Shown here: positions 12,206 through 24,779 of the stretch, in pieces
Position numbering within the stretch: position 1 is the first letter of the stretch
Layout: each line of letters starts with the position of its first letter
Origin: Stegostoma tigrinum
Taxonomy: Eukaryota
DNA length: 63,825 bases
Assembly: GCF_030684315.1 (NCBI RefSeq)
Contig: NC_081354.1
Coordinates: 52,480,434-52,544,258 of the forward strand
Direction: 5' to 3'
Translations under genes and position numbers: made by a program
Notes under the pieces: model-generated
What the model saw: the letters and a program-made list of their open reading frames with translations, nothing else
The model's database searches: none
What the model was told of the DNA's origin: nothing

Positions 12206-13859
12206 CAGGGCTTTATTTAAGATTGGTGGAGGTCCACTGGCTGAAGGCTAATTATTTGCTGCAAGTCTTTTCTGCTTTTTCAAGTGTGATTGAACTTATT
12301 TACATCTGGGTGAGAGAATAGATGGGGTTTTGGTCTAATATTTCATCTGAAATGCTGCACCTTTTTTGAACAGTATCCCTCATTGCACTTCATCAAAAAG
12401 ATTTTGAAATATCACAAATACTGATGTTAGTATTCTGCAAGTACTGATGTAGTATTTTCTATTTTGTGTGTTTCCCTAGACTGTTTTGATTCATTTTTCA
12501 GTTAGCCTTTTAAAAGGCAAAAATGTAATCATATTTCTAGAAAAGTTGAAAATGTTTTAAATATGAAACGTTAAGTAGTTCAGTTGTTGAGGGTATTGCC
12601 CCCTTTATAACCGGGCTAACTCAGGGTTGTATAGAAGCACTTTACTGAAGATGCTGCAATTCTGATGTATGAACGGAAAAAGTAGCACTGACTTCAATTT
12701 TATAAACTCCTTAGGTTCCTGTAGAGTAGAAATCATACAAAGTGTTAAGGGATCAAACGAATAAAGTCAACATTTGAACACTGGCGTTCAGCTGATGGAT
12801 AAGAAGTTAAAATGCGAAGTGGCAGGACGAATTAAGATTAGTGCTATGCTGCATAATGTGGAATTACCATGGCTTGAATCCAACTGTAACATTGCACACT
12901 CTTCCTAAAAGCAGATGAATAAAGGCATGAAATTTCACACATTAATTTATATACAATAAGTATAGACCCATTAACATGTGGTAACTTATCTGTACTCCTA
13001 GGGTCCCCATAAGCTGCAGAAGTTTAAGGAAAATAAATGTTCTGTTTTAACTTAAACTAAAATAATTGTTAAATTATGTTACATTAAATTTTCAAATGAG
13101 TGTGTAATATATCAGAAATGATATTTCATTTTGAGAAGAGATTTCCTTTGTGTGGCTCTTATGATTAAGTTCTGTGCAAAATCCTTGGATAAAACAAATA
13201 ATAAAACTTCAAAAGTGTTGGATATGCTCAGTTTGTTCATTTCGGAGAGCATCAACCTAAAATATTAACTGCTTCTGTCACCACAAATGCTGCTTGACCT
13301 CTTTAGTATTTCTAATATTTTCTGTTTTTATTTCACATTTTGAGTATCCATAGCAATTTACTTTGATAAAAAAGTAAATGTACCTTATCTCTTCATCCCG
13401 CAATATAAACTGCAAAAAGCACTGTTGAAATCTTGCATTAAGTAAATTACTCCATATCACTAAAATTCTACATTCAAGTGTATTGATGGTTCCAGACTTT
13501 AGATTTAACAGCCTTCCCACAAACTCTGAGTTAGCTGTATTCCCAGGAGAGTTTCTGCTCCCCCACATGGCAAGCACTTTACGCCTTTCATCAGTTGTTT
13601 TGTTCCTGTACATTAAAATGCAAAGATTCTGGGTAAGGAGCAATTAGCACAGGTCTGTAAAGCATTTGTTCAAGAAATCAGGCTGCCTTGAATCTGGTCA
13701 GTTTGTTAACTTGAAAATGCAAATCCATTGCACTGTGGGAAAGATCACATCTTAGAGTTCTGAGAATAGCATGTGACTTCTTAAAAGATGGAGCCAGGGA
13801 AGCTGTCAAAATATCATGTATACAGATTGAGAAGTCAAAGTGAGGCAGAGGTAGACTTT

Positions 13860-15250
13860 CAGGTATGATGGCAACTTCACAATGAAAGCTGAGTTATGTT
13901 GTACAATGGACTTGTCTGTCTCTAAAGTTGAAACCATCTGATCAGCTCTATCCATCCCTCCCAATTGCCCACAGTACGAAACTTGCTCTAAAATTCATCA
14001 ATGCAGTAGCCAGAGTGCTCTCCTTCCTCACTCTTTCCTTGTTCTGTTCATGCCTCTTGAGAGGGCTGTTATTGCACACAAGACCTAGCCACTGTTCCCT
14101 CTTCCATATTCTTACCATACTGCTAATCATCCAGTTTCACCCAGGTCTCTGTGTTAACTAATATTGTTCACAGTTCTGCCTCGAGACGCTGAGCCTCTCT
14201 CCGCCATGTTAGCTGTCATCACTTCTGTCCACAATGACCCATCCTTGATCCCATTTGCACTTGCAAACTACCACCCCATGTTCAGCCTATCATTCCTCTT
14301 CGTGCCTTAAACATATGTTGCCTCCCAACTTTGAGCCCCTCTTTCCTGAAACTCCGTCTGCGAATGCCTCCAATTAGGTTTCTGTCCCTGCTGCAGTATC
14401 AAAGCTGTTCTTACAATAGCCAGTTGACATCCGTTGTTCAGAGATAATAAGAACTGCCGATGCTGGATTCAGAAATAACACAGTGTGGAGCTGGAGGAAC
14501 ACAGGCCAGGCAGCATCAGAGGAGGAACAGGAAAACTGACGTTTCAGGTCAGGACCCTTCAGAAATTCAGTTATTGCTCAGCTGAGTGGGACTGCGTTGA
14601 TCTACTTTTATCTACTTAAATCTGACTTGTAAACCTTTCTTGTAATGCCTTCTCTTCAAAGCCTAACTACTGTTACCTGTAGTGTCAACTGCAGATACGT
14701 TTTTGTGCTTCTTGATATTATCAACTGAAAGCAAAGTTAGCTAATGCATATACATTCTGGTGGTAGCCAGTTCTAACTGCCCACTTCTTTCTTTGGCTCC
14801 TCCACTGACAATAAATTATCATATTGCTTGTCTTACATGCAGAACTAAATGAGCTTAAATTTCTCCTAGCTAGATATTGGTAAAATCAAAACCGTTGTCT
14901 TCTACCTCTCTGTCTCCTTCCTTTTTAACTCATTTCTCAAATCTTTGGCCATTCCCACACATGACTTGATATCAAAACTTGTTTTGCTCCTCTGAAGCAT
15001 TTGGGGTGTTGTTTTATCTCGAAAGTCTCTGAATGCTAAAGAGGAAGATTTAGCTAAGTACCCACAAATCAGTAAAATGTTTGATTTTTCATCAATGTAA
15101 CAGAAAGGTGATGTGGAACTTTGAGGTGAGAGAGCGATGACATTGCAAGTGATTCTTTTCTTACCTTGTACAGGTTGCAAGGGAAATGCTGGAAGAGTCT
15201 TGTAAGATATTGGAGCACTTCTTTGGTTTTTTTGGATAGCATTGGTTTTG
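13860..15250 (+). mobile_element. Highly decayed LINE (L2-like) with a PLE-end insertion at ~14440-14565
   Basis: Pyrimidine-rich degenerate RT-like sequence (aactaccaccccatg..., akin to NYRPIS). The embedded PLE repeat is clear; the host assignment is weak. Confidence 0.35.
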
Positions 15251-15314
15251 TCAAATGAAATATTTTAAATAAGACCAGAAATCAGGTTTTATGGTCCTAA
15301 TAGTAAAGGAGGTC

Positions 15315-15820
15315 ATTGAGTCATGGAGATGTAAACACAGAAACAGACCCTTTGATCTAACTCATCCATGCTGACCAGATATCCTAAATTAATATAGTCA
15401 CATTTGGCCATATCGCTCTAAACCCTCCTAATCTCATATTCATCCAGATGCCTTTTTAATGTTGTATTTGAACCAGCCTCCCCCACTTCCTCTGGCAGGT
15501 AATTCCATACAAGCACCAACTCCTGCATGACTCTGTTTAAATCTTTCCGCTCTATGCCGTCTAGTTTTGGACTACTCAACCCTGGGGAAGAGACCTTGAG
15601 TATTTACCCTATCCATGCCACTCATGATTTTATAAACCTCTATAAGGTCACCCCTCAGCCTCTGCTCTTTGGAAAACAGACTCAGCCTATTCAGCCCCTC
15701 CTTATAGCTCAAACCCTCCAACCCTGTCAACATCCTTTATAAATCTTTTCTGAACCCTTTAACGTTTAACAACATCTTTCCTATAATTGAATGCAGTATT
15801 CCAAAAGTGGCCCTACTGTG
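15315..15820 (-). mobile_element. CR1 LINE 3' fragment
   Basis: Similar to the 3' end of the CR1 at 35345-36026 (tcatgattttataaacctctataaggtcacc). Confidence 0.75.
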
Positions 15821-15994
15821 TCCTACTCAAACTCTCAGGAGTTTTTCAAGGTAATGACAAGCAATGATATTGTGCTCTGTGAAATTAGTTTATACCTCCA
15901 CAGCATTATTGACCTTAAATAAAATTTTATTTCAGCTCTCCTACATCTTGCTTCTACATTACTGAATTTTCTACCTTTTGAGTTAAGATTTTTT

Positions 15995-16400
15995 TGCCTA
16001 TTTGGGCTGCAGCTTCAAGTCCCACTCCTAGGATTCGAGCACTACAATCTAGGTTAGCACTCCAATGCAATATAGAATTGGCACTGCATTATCGAAGAGT
16101 TTTATTCGTTTGGATGAGATATTTTAACAAGATCCTACCTACTCCCTCAGATGGACGTAAAAGATCCTGTGAGACTATTTTGAAGAAGAACAGATATGTT
16201 TTCCCATTAGTTCAGGTCAATATTTATGCCGTAAACCATATCACTAGATCAGATTATTTGTATCATAGTGTTTATGTGACTGTATATAGAAATTAACTAC
16301 TAATCTCCTGTATTATCACAGTCACTATATTGTCAAAAAAGTCCAATGTTGTGGATCTGAAGTACTTTGGAATGCCTCGAGTCTCAAAAGACACTATGTA
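15995..16400 (+). mobile_element. DeuSINE/SacSINE-like SINE
   Basis: gatggacgtaaaagatcc...ctattttgaagaagaacag core and tail shared with 975-1340. Confidence 0.6.
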
Positions 16401-16789
16401 AACATAAACTTGAAAGGTTTGGAAGAGTACAAAGATGTAATAGTGTACTGTTAGGCTTCGAAGAAGAACTTTTCTTTGTATCCATTTTGTGCTGTGTAAG
16501 AGCCAGCAATCTTGGAATTGTAAGATTTGAGGAAGATGGCTCCAAGATGCTGCTACATTTGACTGTAGGGTTCAATACATTCAGTACTGCCAATAAATAT
16601 GAACTGGACTTGTGACTGGATTTGCTATGTGTTGCTCAGAGCGGTTCATTTTTGAGTTGGAAGGAGACAGTCAGAGGAGGAGCTAGCCAGGAACAGTCTC
16701 CCAGCCTGCCTTGATCCTCCCTGATTTGCCGACAGATGTAAGAGGTCCTCAGCGTATGCCAGTTCCCTAGCCCTGCACTTATCCCCGAA

Positions 16790-18220
16790 ACGTCTGGACA
16801 ATCATGACACCTATGTCAGACTCCTGCTCATTGACTACAGCTCCGCCTTCAACACCTCTATCCCCTCCAGTCTGATCTCAAAACTCAGAGACCTTGGTCT
16901 TGCCTCCCCCCCACTCCAACTGGATCCTCAGCTTTTTGACCCATAGACTGCAATCAGTGAAGAGAGACAACTGCGCCTCCTCTACAATAACACTGGACAC
17001 CAGGGACCCCCAACAATGCATCCTCAGCCCCCTACTGTACACTCTGTAAACTCCGACTGTGTAGCCAAATTCCAAATGAACACCAGTTACAAGTTTGCTG
17101 ACAATACCATTGTGGTAGGATGGATATCAAACAACAACAGGTCAGAATACAGAAAGGCAATAGAGGGCTTGATGACTTGGTGCAATGAGAAGAATCTCTC
17201 CGTTAACGTTGGCAAAACTGAAGAATTCATAGTGAGTTTTGAGAAGATTTGTAGCTCAGGTTGAGGTTCTGGATGTGAGTTTGCTTGCTGAGCTGGAAGG
17301 TTAGTTTTCAGATGTTTCATCACCATTTTAGGTAACATCAGTGAGCCTCCGACGAAGCGCTGGTGTTGTGTCCCGCTTTCTATTTATCTGGTTAACCAGA
17401 TAAATAGAAAGCGGGACATAACACCAGGGCTTCATCGGAGGCTCACTGATGTTACCTAAAATGGTGATGAAACATCTGAAAACTAACCTTCCAGCTCAGC
17501 AAGCAAACTCACATCCATAAAGAATTGATCATTGACTTCAGAAAGAAGGCAGAAGAACACTCCCCCATCTACATCAATGGAACTGAGGTAGATAGGGTGG
17601 AGAGTGTCAAGTTATAACCAACAACCTGTCCTGGTCTTCCTACATAGATGCAACAGTCAAGAAGGCACAACAATGCCTCTTCATCAGGCAGCTCAGGAAA
17701 TTGGGTATGTCCACAAGGTCCCTCACTAACTCTTATAGATGCACCATTGAAAGCATACCGTCTGGCCTGGTATGACAGTTGCTCTGCCCAGGCACTAAGA
17801 AATTACAGAAGGTTATGTGCTCAGCCCAGACCATCGCAGAAGCCAACCTTCCATCTGTGGACCCCATTTACACAGCCCATTGCTGTGGAAAGGTTGCCAA
17901 CATCATCAAAGACTCATCGCACCCTGGCAATGCTCTCCTATAACCTCTTATGTTGGGCAGCACATACAGCGGGTTCAAGAACAGCTTCTTCCATGCTGTA
18001 TTAGACTGATGAATGGACTCTCCCAATTTCAAAATTGTGCTGATCTTGCTAATGTTGATCTTACCTAGTACCTGCCCTGCGCAATGTGACTTGTATGTCT
18101 CCATCTATTTTTTCACCCTATCATCTGTATGCCTTAGCTTACTATGATCTGCTTAGACTGCTCATAAACAAAGCTTTTCATCGTACTTAGGTACACATGA
18201 CAATAAATCCAGCAAATCAA
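16790..18220 (+). mobile_element. Rex1/Babar-type LINE 3' fragment, interrupted by a PLE palindrome
   Basis: Translates [37 protein letters not shown] and VKKAQQCL..IRQLRK, which are Rex1/Babar RT motifs. Confidence 0.8.
17228..17519. mobile_element. PLE-end mini-element, family C: 248-bp near-perfect palindrome plus a short tail
   Basis: Arms 17270-17393 and 17394-17517 with no spacer and 3 mismatches seen. TSD AAGAATT at 17221-17227 and 17520-17526. Confidence 0.85.
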
Positions 18221-18257
18221 AAGGTACGCGAGTAGAGGTGTAGGCTACAGGCCATGA

Positions 18258-18830
18258 CTTTTTCATTCTTCACTGTGGGACGTGGGAATCGCTGCTGGCC
18301 AGCACTTATTGCCCGCTCCTAATTGCGCTTGAGAAGATGGTGGTGAGCTGCCTTCTTGAGCCGCTCTGTCTGTATGCTGTAGATTGACCCATAATACCAT
18401 TAGGGAGGGAATTGTGGAATTTTGACCAAGTAATAGTCACAGAGCAGTGATATATCTCCAAGTCAAGATGGTGAGTGGCTAGGAGGGGATCTTGCAGGTG
18501 TTCCATTGTATCTGCTGCTGTTGTCCTTCTCGATGAAAGTGATTGTGGATTTGGAATGTGCTGTCTAAGGTGCTTCAAATTTCTGCAAAGAATCTTATAG
18601 ACGCTGCTGTTATGGAACATCGGTGGTGGAGGAGATTTTGTGGATTCTGGTGTCAATCAAATGGGCTGTTTTGGCTTGGATGTGTTAAGTTTCTTGAGTC
18701 ATGTTGAAGATGGACCCATCTAGGCAAGTGGAGAGTATTCCATTACACTCCTGACTTATGCCTTGAAGAGAATGGGACATGCTCTGGGGACTCAGGAGGT
18801 GAATTATTCACTGCAGTATTCCTAGCTGAC
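18258..18830 (-). mobile_element. 3' fragment of the non-LTR element that shares its tail with the tRNA-headed SINE
   Basis: gctggccagcacttattgccc...aattgcgcttgagaagatggtggtgagctgcc is the reverse complement of the SINE tail. Similar to 32490-33440. Confidence 0.7.
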
Positions 18831-19837
18831 CTCCTACCCAGGTCAATATGCAATCGTTACACCATGAGTTTTTTATTCTCCACAATAACCTTTGGCATCT
18901 TCAGATGACTTCTGAAATCTAGGTATAGGATATCCACCAATGCCCTTTTATACATAGCATATGTTACTCACTTAAAGAACTCCAACAGATTGGTCAAATA
19001 TGATTCTCCTTTCACAAATCCAAATTGACTGTGCCTCAATACCTTGAACTTATCCAAGTGCCTAGTTATAATTTCCTAACCAGCATCTAACATTTTCTCT
19101 TTGACAGACATTGATCTTACGTAGCCTGTAGTTTCCTGTTTTCTTCTACCACCTCCCTTTCTGTATCTGATTATTTAAAATCTCTGACGATCATGTGCCA
19201 AGCTTTTATTGTTTCTTCCTTTATGTTCCACCCTACTGTCTGGTTACAGTCTGTACACCACTCCCATTTATCATTTCTCATTTCTGCTCGAACTGTTGAG
19301 GAATGGAGGTTAAATAGACCTTGGGTCTAAGGTAGAAGTTTGGCACACCATCGTGTGCTGAAGGGCCTGTACTGTACCGTACTGTTCTATGTTCCGTGTT
19401 TCCAAATCTTCAATTAATGAACTTAGGTCATCCCTTTTAATTGTGCTAATACTGTCATTACAGCTACCTCTCCTCCTTTTCCTAGCTTTTTTAAAATCAA
19501 GATTCAGGCCCAAATTCATGTCATTCTGGAGCTGTGTCTCTATAATAGCTATAAGTTACTAGGCATTGCTTCTGGATTTCTATTTGCTCTTGATTCATCA
19601 GTTGAATTTTGTTTTAAATGCTTTTGTGTATTTGGATATGGAGTCTTTATATTTATCCTTTTATTCTGTTTGTAAATTCTATTCTTATCTGTTGGTTGAC
19701 CATAAGATTTTCACTTTCTATCCTTTCCTATCACTGTGTTTATTATTTCCCTTATTCATACTTTTCTTTTTGACCTTGACTCTACTCTTTGATCTATCAC
19801 ACCTTCCCAAAATTGATCCTTTGTCCCCAGTTTCTAG

Positions 19838-20736
19838 TGTTACAGAGAAGGGGAGGTTAAATGAGAGAAACTCCCTGATATTCACTTTATAAGTAACAAG
19901 TAACAACATATTTATTTAACCTAACAGTGAACAAATTTACACAACTACTAACAACGGAACAATTCCCCTCTAACTCCTAATCATACTCTAACTGAACAAA
20001 ATTCTATTTTTATGCTATTCCAGTAAACACAAGTCCCACTTATATAATGAAGTGTGGAACTGGAGAAACACAGCAGGCCAGGTAGCATCAGAGGAACAGG
20101 AAAGCTGATAATTTGGGTCGGGAGCCTTCTTCAGAACTCGCAAGGAAAAAGAAATTTAAACTTAGTCTGTGAAAGGTCACACTGAATCTGTTTCTAGAAT
20201 TTCTGCCTTATCCACTGTCTGTCTAGTCATAAACAGCTTTCTTCTGCTGTTCTCAAGTCATAAGTGACTTTCTTCCACTGATCCTGCTGTCATGGATGTT
20301 TTCTCAGTGAAGACTCTTAGTTAGAAATGCCGTGGTACCTATTATGGATAAGATGGTAGTTTTTTGGAGAGCTCAGTGATTTCTTGTGAAAGCTAGGTGC
20401 TTATTTCTCAGATGGCAGTTTGCTCTCACACCAATTTTCAAAACTCTCTCCTTTATATACCTTGGATGCCATATCAATTTTCTTAAAATAACATTGGTCC
20501 GGGGTGTTGTCAAAACAGTCAGATTTAAATTCAATTGGCTTTTAATTGCCAAGTGCTTGATTTAAATTAATTGGCTGATACCAGTTAGTTGCCAAAACAT
20601 CAAAACAAACCTAACTTCAGAACTGGCTTTACATCTTCAGCTACATTCAGACTTCTCTTTTTCTGTATAAATCTCTAAGCTTGGAAAAACACTTTATCTC
20701 TTAAAGGAGCCACACACTGTACACAACTTTGGAACA
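19838..20736 (-). mobile_element. Solo LTR (899 bp), with a PLE-end insertion at ~20050-20140
   Basis: TGTT...AACA termini and a 4-bp TSD CTAG (19834-19837 and 20737-20740). On the minus strand the order is CCAAT boxes (~20570, 20533, 20492), TATA-like GTATATAAAG (20451-20460), then AATAAA (~19911-19916). Confidence 0.8.
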
Positions 20737-20792
20737 CTAGTTGAAGATCCTTTCTCCTTTTTTAGTTAAATAGAATGCAAGAACACCAGTCC

Positions 20793-21525
20793 CATTCCAC
20801 ATCAAGCAGATGTTCACCTGCACATCTACCAATGTGGTGTACTGCATCCGCTGTACCCGTTGTGGGTTCCTCTGTATTGGGGAAACCAAGCAGAGGCTTG
20901 GGGACTGCTTTGCAGAACACCTACGCTCGGTTCGCAATAAACAACTGCACCTCCCAGTCGCGAACCATTTCACCTCCCCCTCCCATTCCTGGGATGACAT
21001 GTCCACCCTGGGCCTCTGCAGTGCCACAACGATGCCACCCAAAGATTGCAGGAACAGCAACTCATATTCCACTTGGGAACCCTGCAGCCCAATGGTATCA
21101 ATGTGGATTTCACAAGCTTCAAAATCTCCCCTCTCCCCACTGCATCCCAAAACAAGCCCAGCTCATCCCCACCTACCGAACCTGTTCTTCCTCTCACCTA
21201 TCCCCTCCTCCCACCTCAAACCGCACCTCCATTTCCTACCTACTAACCTCATCCTGCCCCCTTGACCTGTCCGTGCTTCCGGGACTGACCTATCCCCTCC
21301 CTACCTCCCCACCTGCACTCACCTCTACAGTCTCCATCCCCACCCCTTTAACTTGTCTGTCTCCTGTCCACCCATCTTCTCCAATATCCATCTTCAATGC
21401 ACCTCCCCCTCTCTCCCTATTTATTTGAGAACCCTCTCCCCATCCCCCTTTTCTGATGAAGGGTCTAGGCCTGAAACATCAGCGTTTGTGCTCCTAAGAT
21501 GCTGCTTGGCCTGCTGTGTTCATTC
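20793..21525 (+). mobile_element. Penelope-like element 3' fragment (GIY-YIG plus terminal repeat; hammerhead-like motif at 21453-21480)
   Basis: MFTCTSTNVVYCIRCTRCGFLCIGETKQRLGDCFAEH; frameshifted; CTGATGAAGGGTCTAGGCCTGAAACATC. Confidence 0.88.
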
Positions 21526-22832
21526 ATCTCTCCAATCTGATTCACCCTATTCCATTTTAAGTTTTGCATGACATTTCAGCAGTTATAACCTTTTGAGATT
21601 CCGTTTGTTAATCTGGTGTCCAGATCCTCATACTGATCGAGCAGAACCTCCTCTTTTGTCCTTCCTATGTCATTGGATCTACATTGGATCCTCCCCTTCC
21701 CACCACATGTTCCTTTTTATCCCTGAGTAAATGTACTGGGCCTTGGCACTTGGTAGACAGCACAGCCATCTGGACTCATGCACTTTGGCACAGAGAATGG
21801 CATTAATGCCTCTCACTATCAATTCCTACCATTACATTGCTTCTTAATTCTTTACACTTTTGAATAGTTTCTTGTACCATGGTCAGTTCACATATACACA
21901 CTGCAGGTCTCAATATCATCCAGATAAGTCGAGAGAAGCTGAAACCAGTTTGAAAATCGTAAAAGCTGAGGCTCCTGTGCTTCTACCTTCTGGGTCCTTT
22001 TGCCTGCCTCACTCACAGTCATACTCTCCTGTTAGTGAATGCTGACTAAATCAGGTAACATAATCCTAAGAGTGACTACCCCCTGTTCTAAGAATGCAGG
22101 GAACTTTCCCTCTCCATGGTGCATCACTGTATCTGTGGATCAGCCTTCCGTTCCTGGACTGAGATGAAGCTGTTCTAACTTCTAATCCTTGTTTGTTTTG
22201 AATCAGCCTAACATCCAGTAACTCCCATCCACTCTAGCTATGACACAGCACCTGCTCTGCCATCCTTAATGTGTTTAAAGGATCTATTAAATATTTTATT
22301 CAATTTTCTATTTAGTTACATTTTACAGATTTTATTGACGTTACCATCAGTTTCTGTACTATATAGATATAGAATAAACTTTAGACACCAGTTCATATCA
22401 AATAACCAGCAGCTTCTCCTGCTAGGAGAGAGCCTTTCTCAGGTGAACTTCTGTGGCATTCCCCCCAAGTTTTGGTGCATCCCTGAGGATGTGTAGTCCT
22501 GGACCTTAGGTCCTGTCAGCCTGCAGCACTTGTTCATCGACAGCTGTTTGCAATGGAAGACTAGCAAGTTTCAGGCAAATCAAATTGCACCTTTTTGAGT
22601 GGATGGTTTTCCGCAACAGCTGATGTAGATTTTCGTCTGTAGCCCTGGAAACAGCCATTGGAACACTGAGTCCTATGGTGTGGAGCTGCTCAGGGTGAAG
22701 CTCACCAAAATTGCTGCATTTCTTTCCAGATGTGTTTGCAAAGATATATTGGAGAAAGAGTTGCCAGATGGTATCTTCCCTACCACAATCCTTTGAATGT
22801 GTTTGAAATGATAGAATTGAGAAGAGATCATT

Positions 22833-23180
22833 TGGGGAGGCAATAGCTTAATGATATTATTGCTGGATTGCTAATCCAGCGAGCAAGATAAAGTTCTGGT
22901 TTCAAATCCCACCACGGTAGACGGTGGAATTTGAATTACATTTTAAAAAATCTGGAATTAAGAATCCAGTGATGACCACGACTCCATTGCCGATTGTTGG
23001 AAAACCCATCTGGTTCACTAATATAGGAAACTGCCATCCTTACCTGGTCTGGCCTACATGTGACTCCAGACCCAAAGCAATGTGGTTGAATCTCAACTGC
23101 CCTCTTGGCAACAGGGACAGGCAATAAATGCTGCCCAGAAAAAGTGAAGCCTTCATCCTGTGAATGAATAAAGTTTTTAA
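22833..23180 (+). mobile_element. tRNA-headed SINE, near complete
   Basis: Head with B-box GGTTTCAAATCCC, body shared with 35000 and 42543, tail ggcaataaatgctg...tgaatgaataaag. Confidence 0.75.
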
Positions 23181-23777
23181 AAAATGGTATATGAAATACA
23201 TACCAAAAATAAATTGGCCAGGAGCCGGATAGCATCGTTAGATCCTAGTGTTCATAGATAAAGCAGAAAATTAACCATTAACTGTGGCATAGAGGGAGAT
23301 ATTTAGTAGAGGATCCTACGCATTTTGTTTTTGTTTTTGCTGATCGTTTTGTGACTGGTAAGAACATCTCTTACAAAAGGATTACTTCACTTTAAATAGA
23401 AGTTCTATGGGGTTTTGTCACTGCAATGTTACGGGAGTATTGCAGTGTGTTATCATTGTAATTGTGTAGGTCTTTTTAAAGAGAGTTTGTGGTTGAGGCA
23501 AGAACTGAAGGCTGTAATCTAATCAGGGTTTAGTTGATGTTAATGAATCAGTTGAACTTTGACCTTACAGTTTGACATTGTGTCAACTAGATTATGTTGT
23601 TCTTTGCCTTGCATCTGTTATTCAGCAGTAGTCATTCAATTGCAACTGTTCCACGAGTTCTTTATTCCTTAGATGCTATAAAGACGTTGCATTATAGTAT
23701 AAACCAGGAAAGAAGCAGACTTTGCTGCAAGTGAAATTTGGTTGATTTTTGTATTGTCAGAACCATTTGCAGATTGT

Positions 23778-24023
23778 TTCGGGGATAGTAGGAACTGCAG
23801 ATGCTGGAGAATCTGAGATAACAAGGCGTAGATCTGGATGAACACAGCAGGCTGAGCAGCATCAGAAGAGCAGGAAAGCTAACATTTCGGGCCTAGACCC
23901 TCCTTCAGAAAAAAATGTGAAAATTTTCTATGAAGGGGCTGGGCCCGACACGTCAGCTTTCCTGCTCCTCTGACGCTGCTTGGCCTGCTGTGTTCATCCA
24001 GCTCTATGCCTTGTTATCTCATA
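23778..24023. mobile_element. PLE-end mini-element: two inverted terminal repeats, 10-bp TSD
   Basis: Inverted arms around a short A/T spacer; TGCAGATTGT at 23768-23777 and 24024-24033. Confidence 0.85.
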
Positions 24024-24779
24024 TGCAGATTGTGTTTAATTTAGCAAAATTCCTTCAGACCAGTGGATTTAGTACTGTATGAATACAGACTGGTTAAAAG
24101 TTGACAAATTTATTCTAAAATGTTAAATTTGAAGTGACAAATATTAGTTGTATTAAGTATTTACTCCAATGAAAGCATAAATATTGAATTGGTAAAAGAG
24201 AATGTCACAGAAGTCCTTTGTATATGTTTATAATTTTCAGCTGTTCTAATTCCTGCAGTGCATGCACAGCTATCAGTACTTAAAATCATGATTGCAGTTA
24301 TTTCACTCTATCCGGTTTCACTTGCGCTCCAAATTTATGGAATTATAAGCAGACAATTATTGCAGAGTCCTATGCTGTATAGGACTTTTGAAGTAAAGTC
24401 ATCACAATGAAAAATTTTTGTATTTTTCTTCTTCATTGTACAAAATTGTTTCAAATAGATAAAAGCGAACTATTCTGAATGCTGGAGATCTGAAATAAAA
24501 ACTATGGAGAAACTCAGCAAGTCTGTCAACATCTGTGAGGAGAAAATTGATTTAATATTTTGAGTTCAATATTACTTTCTTTTGGGACTGTTCAATTATA
24601 TTGGACTGTAACTGATAACTCCGTTTCAGTCTTCATAATTGCTGTCAGACCTGCTGAGTTTTTCCAACACTTTTTTTAAAAATGGGAACATTTTTCTTGA
24701 ACTGAACAACTGCTTAAAAAAGCAGAAAGAACTCTCATTTTATGTAGTGCCATTCACAACCTCTGTTGCACAATGTTGA

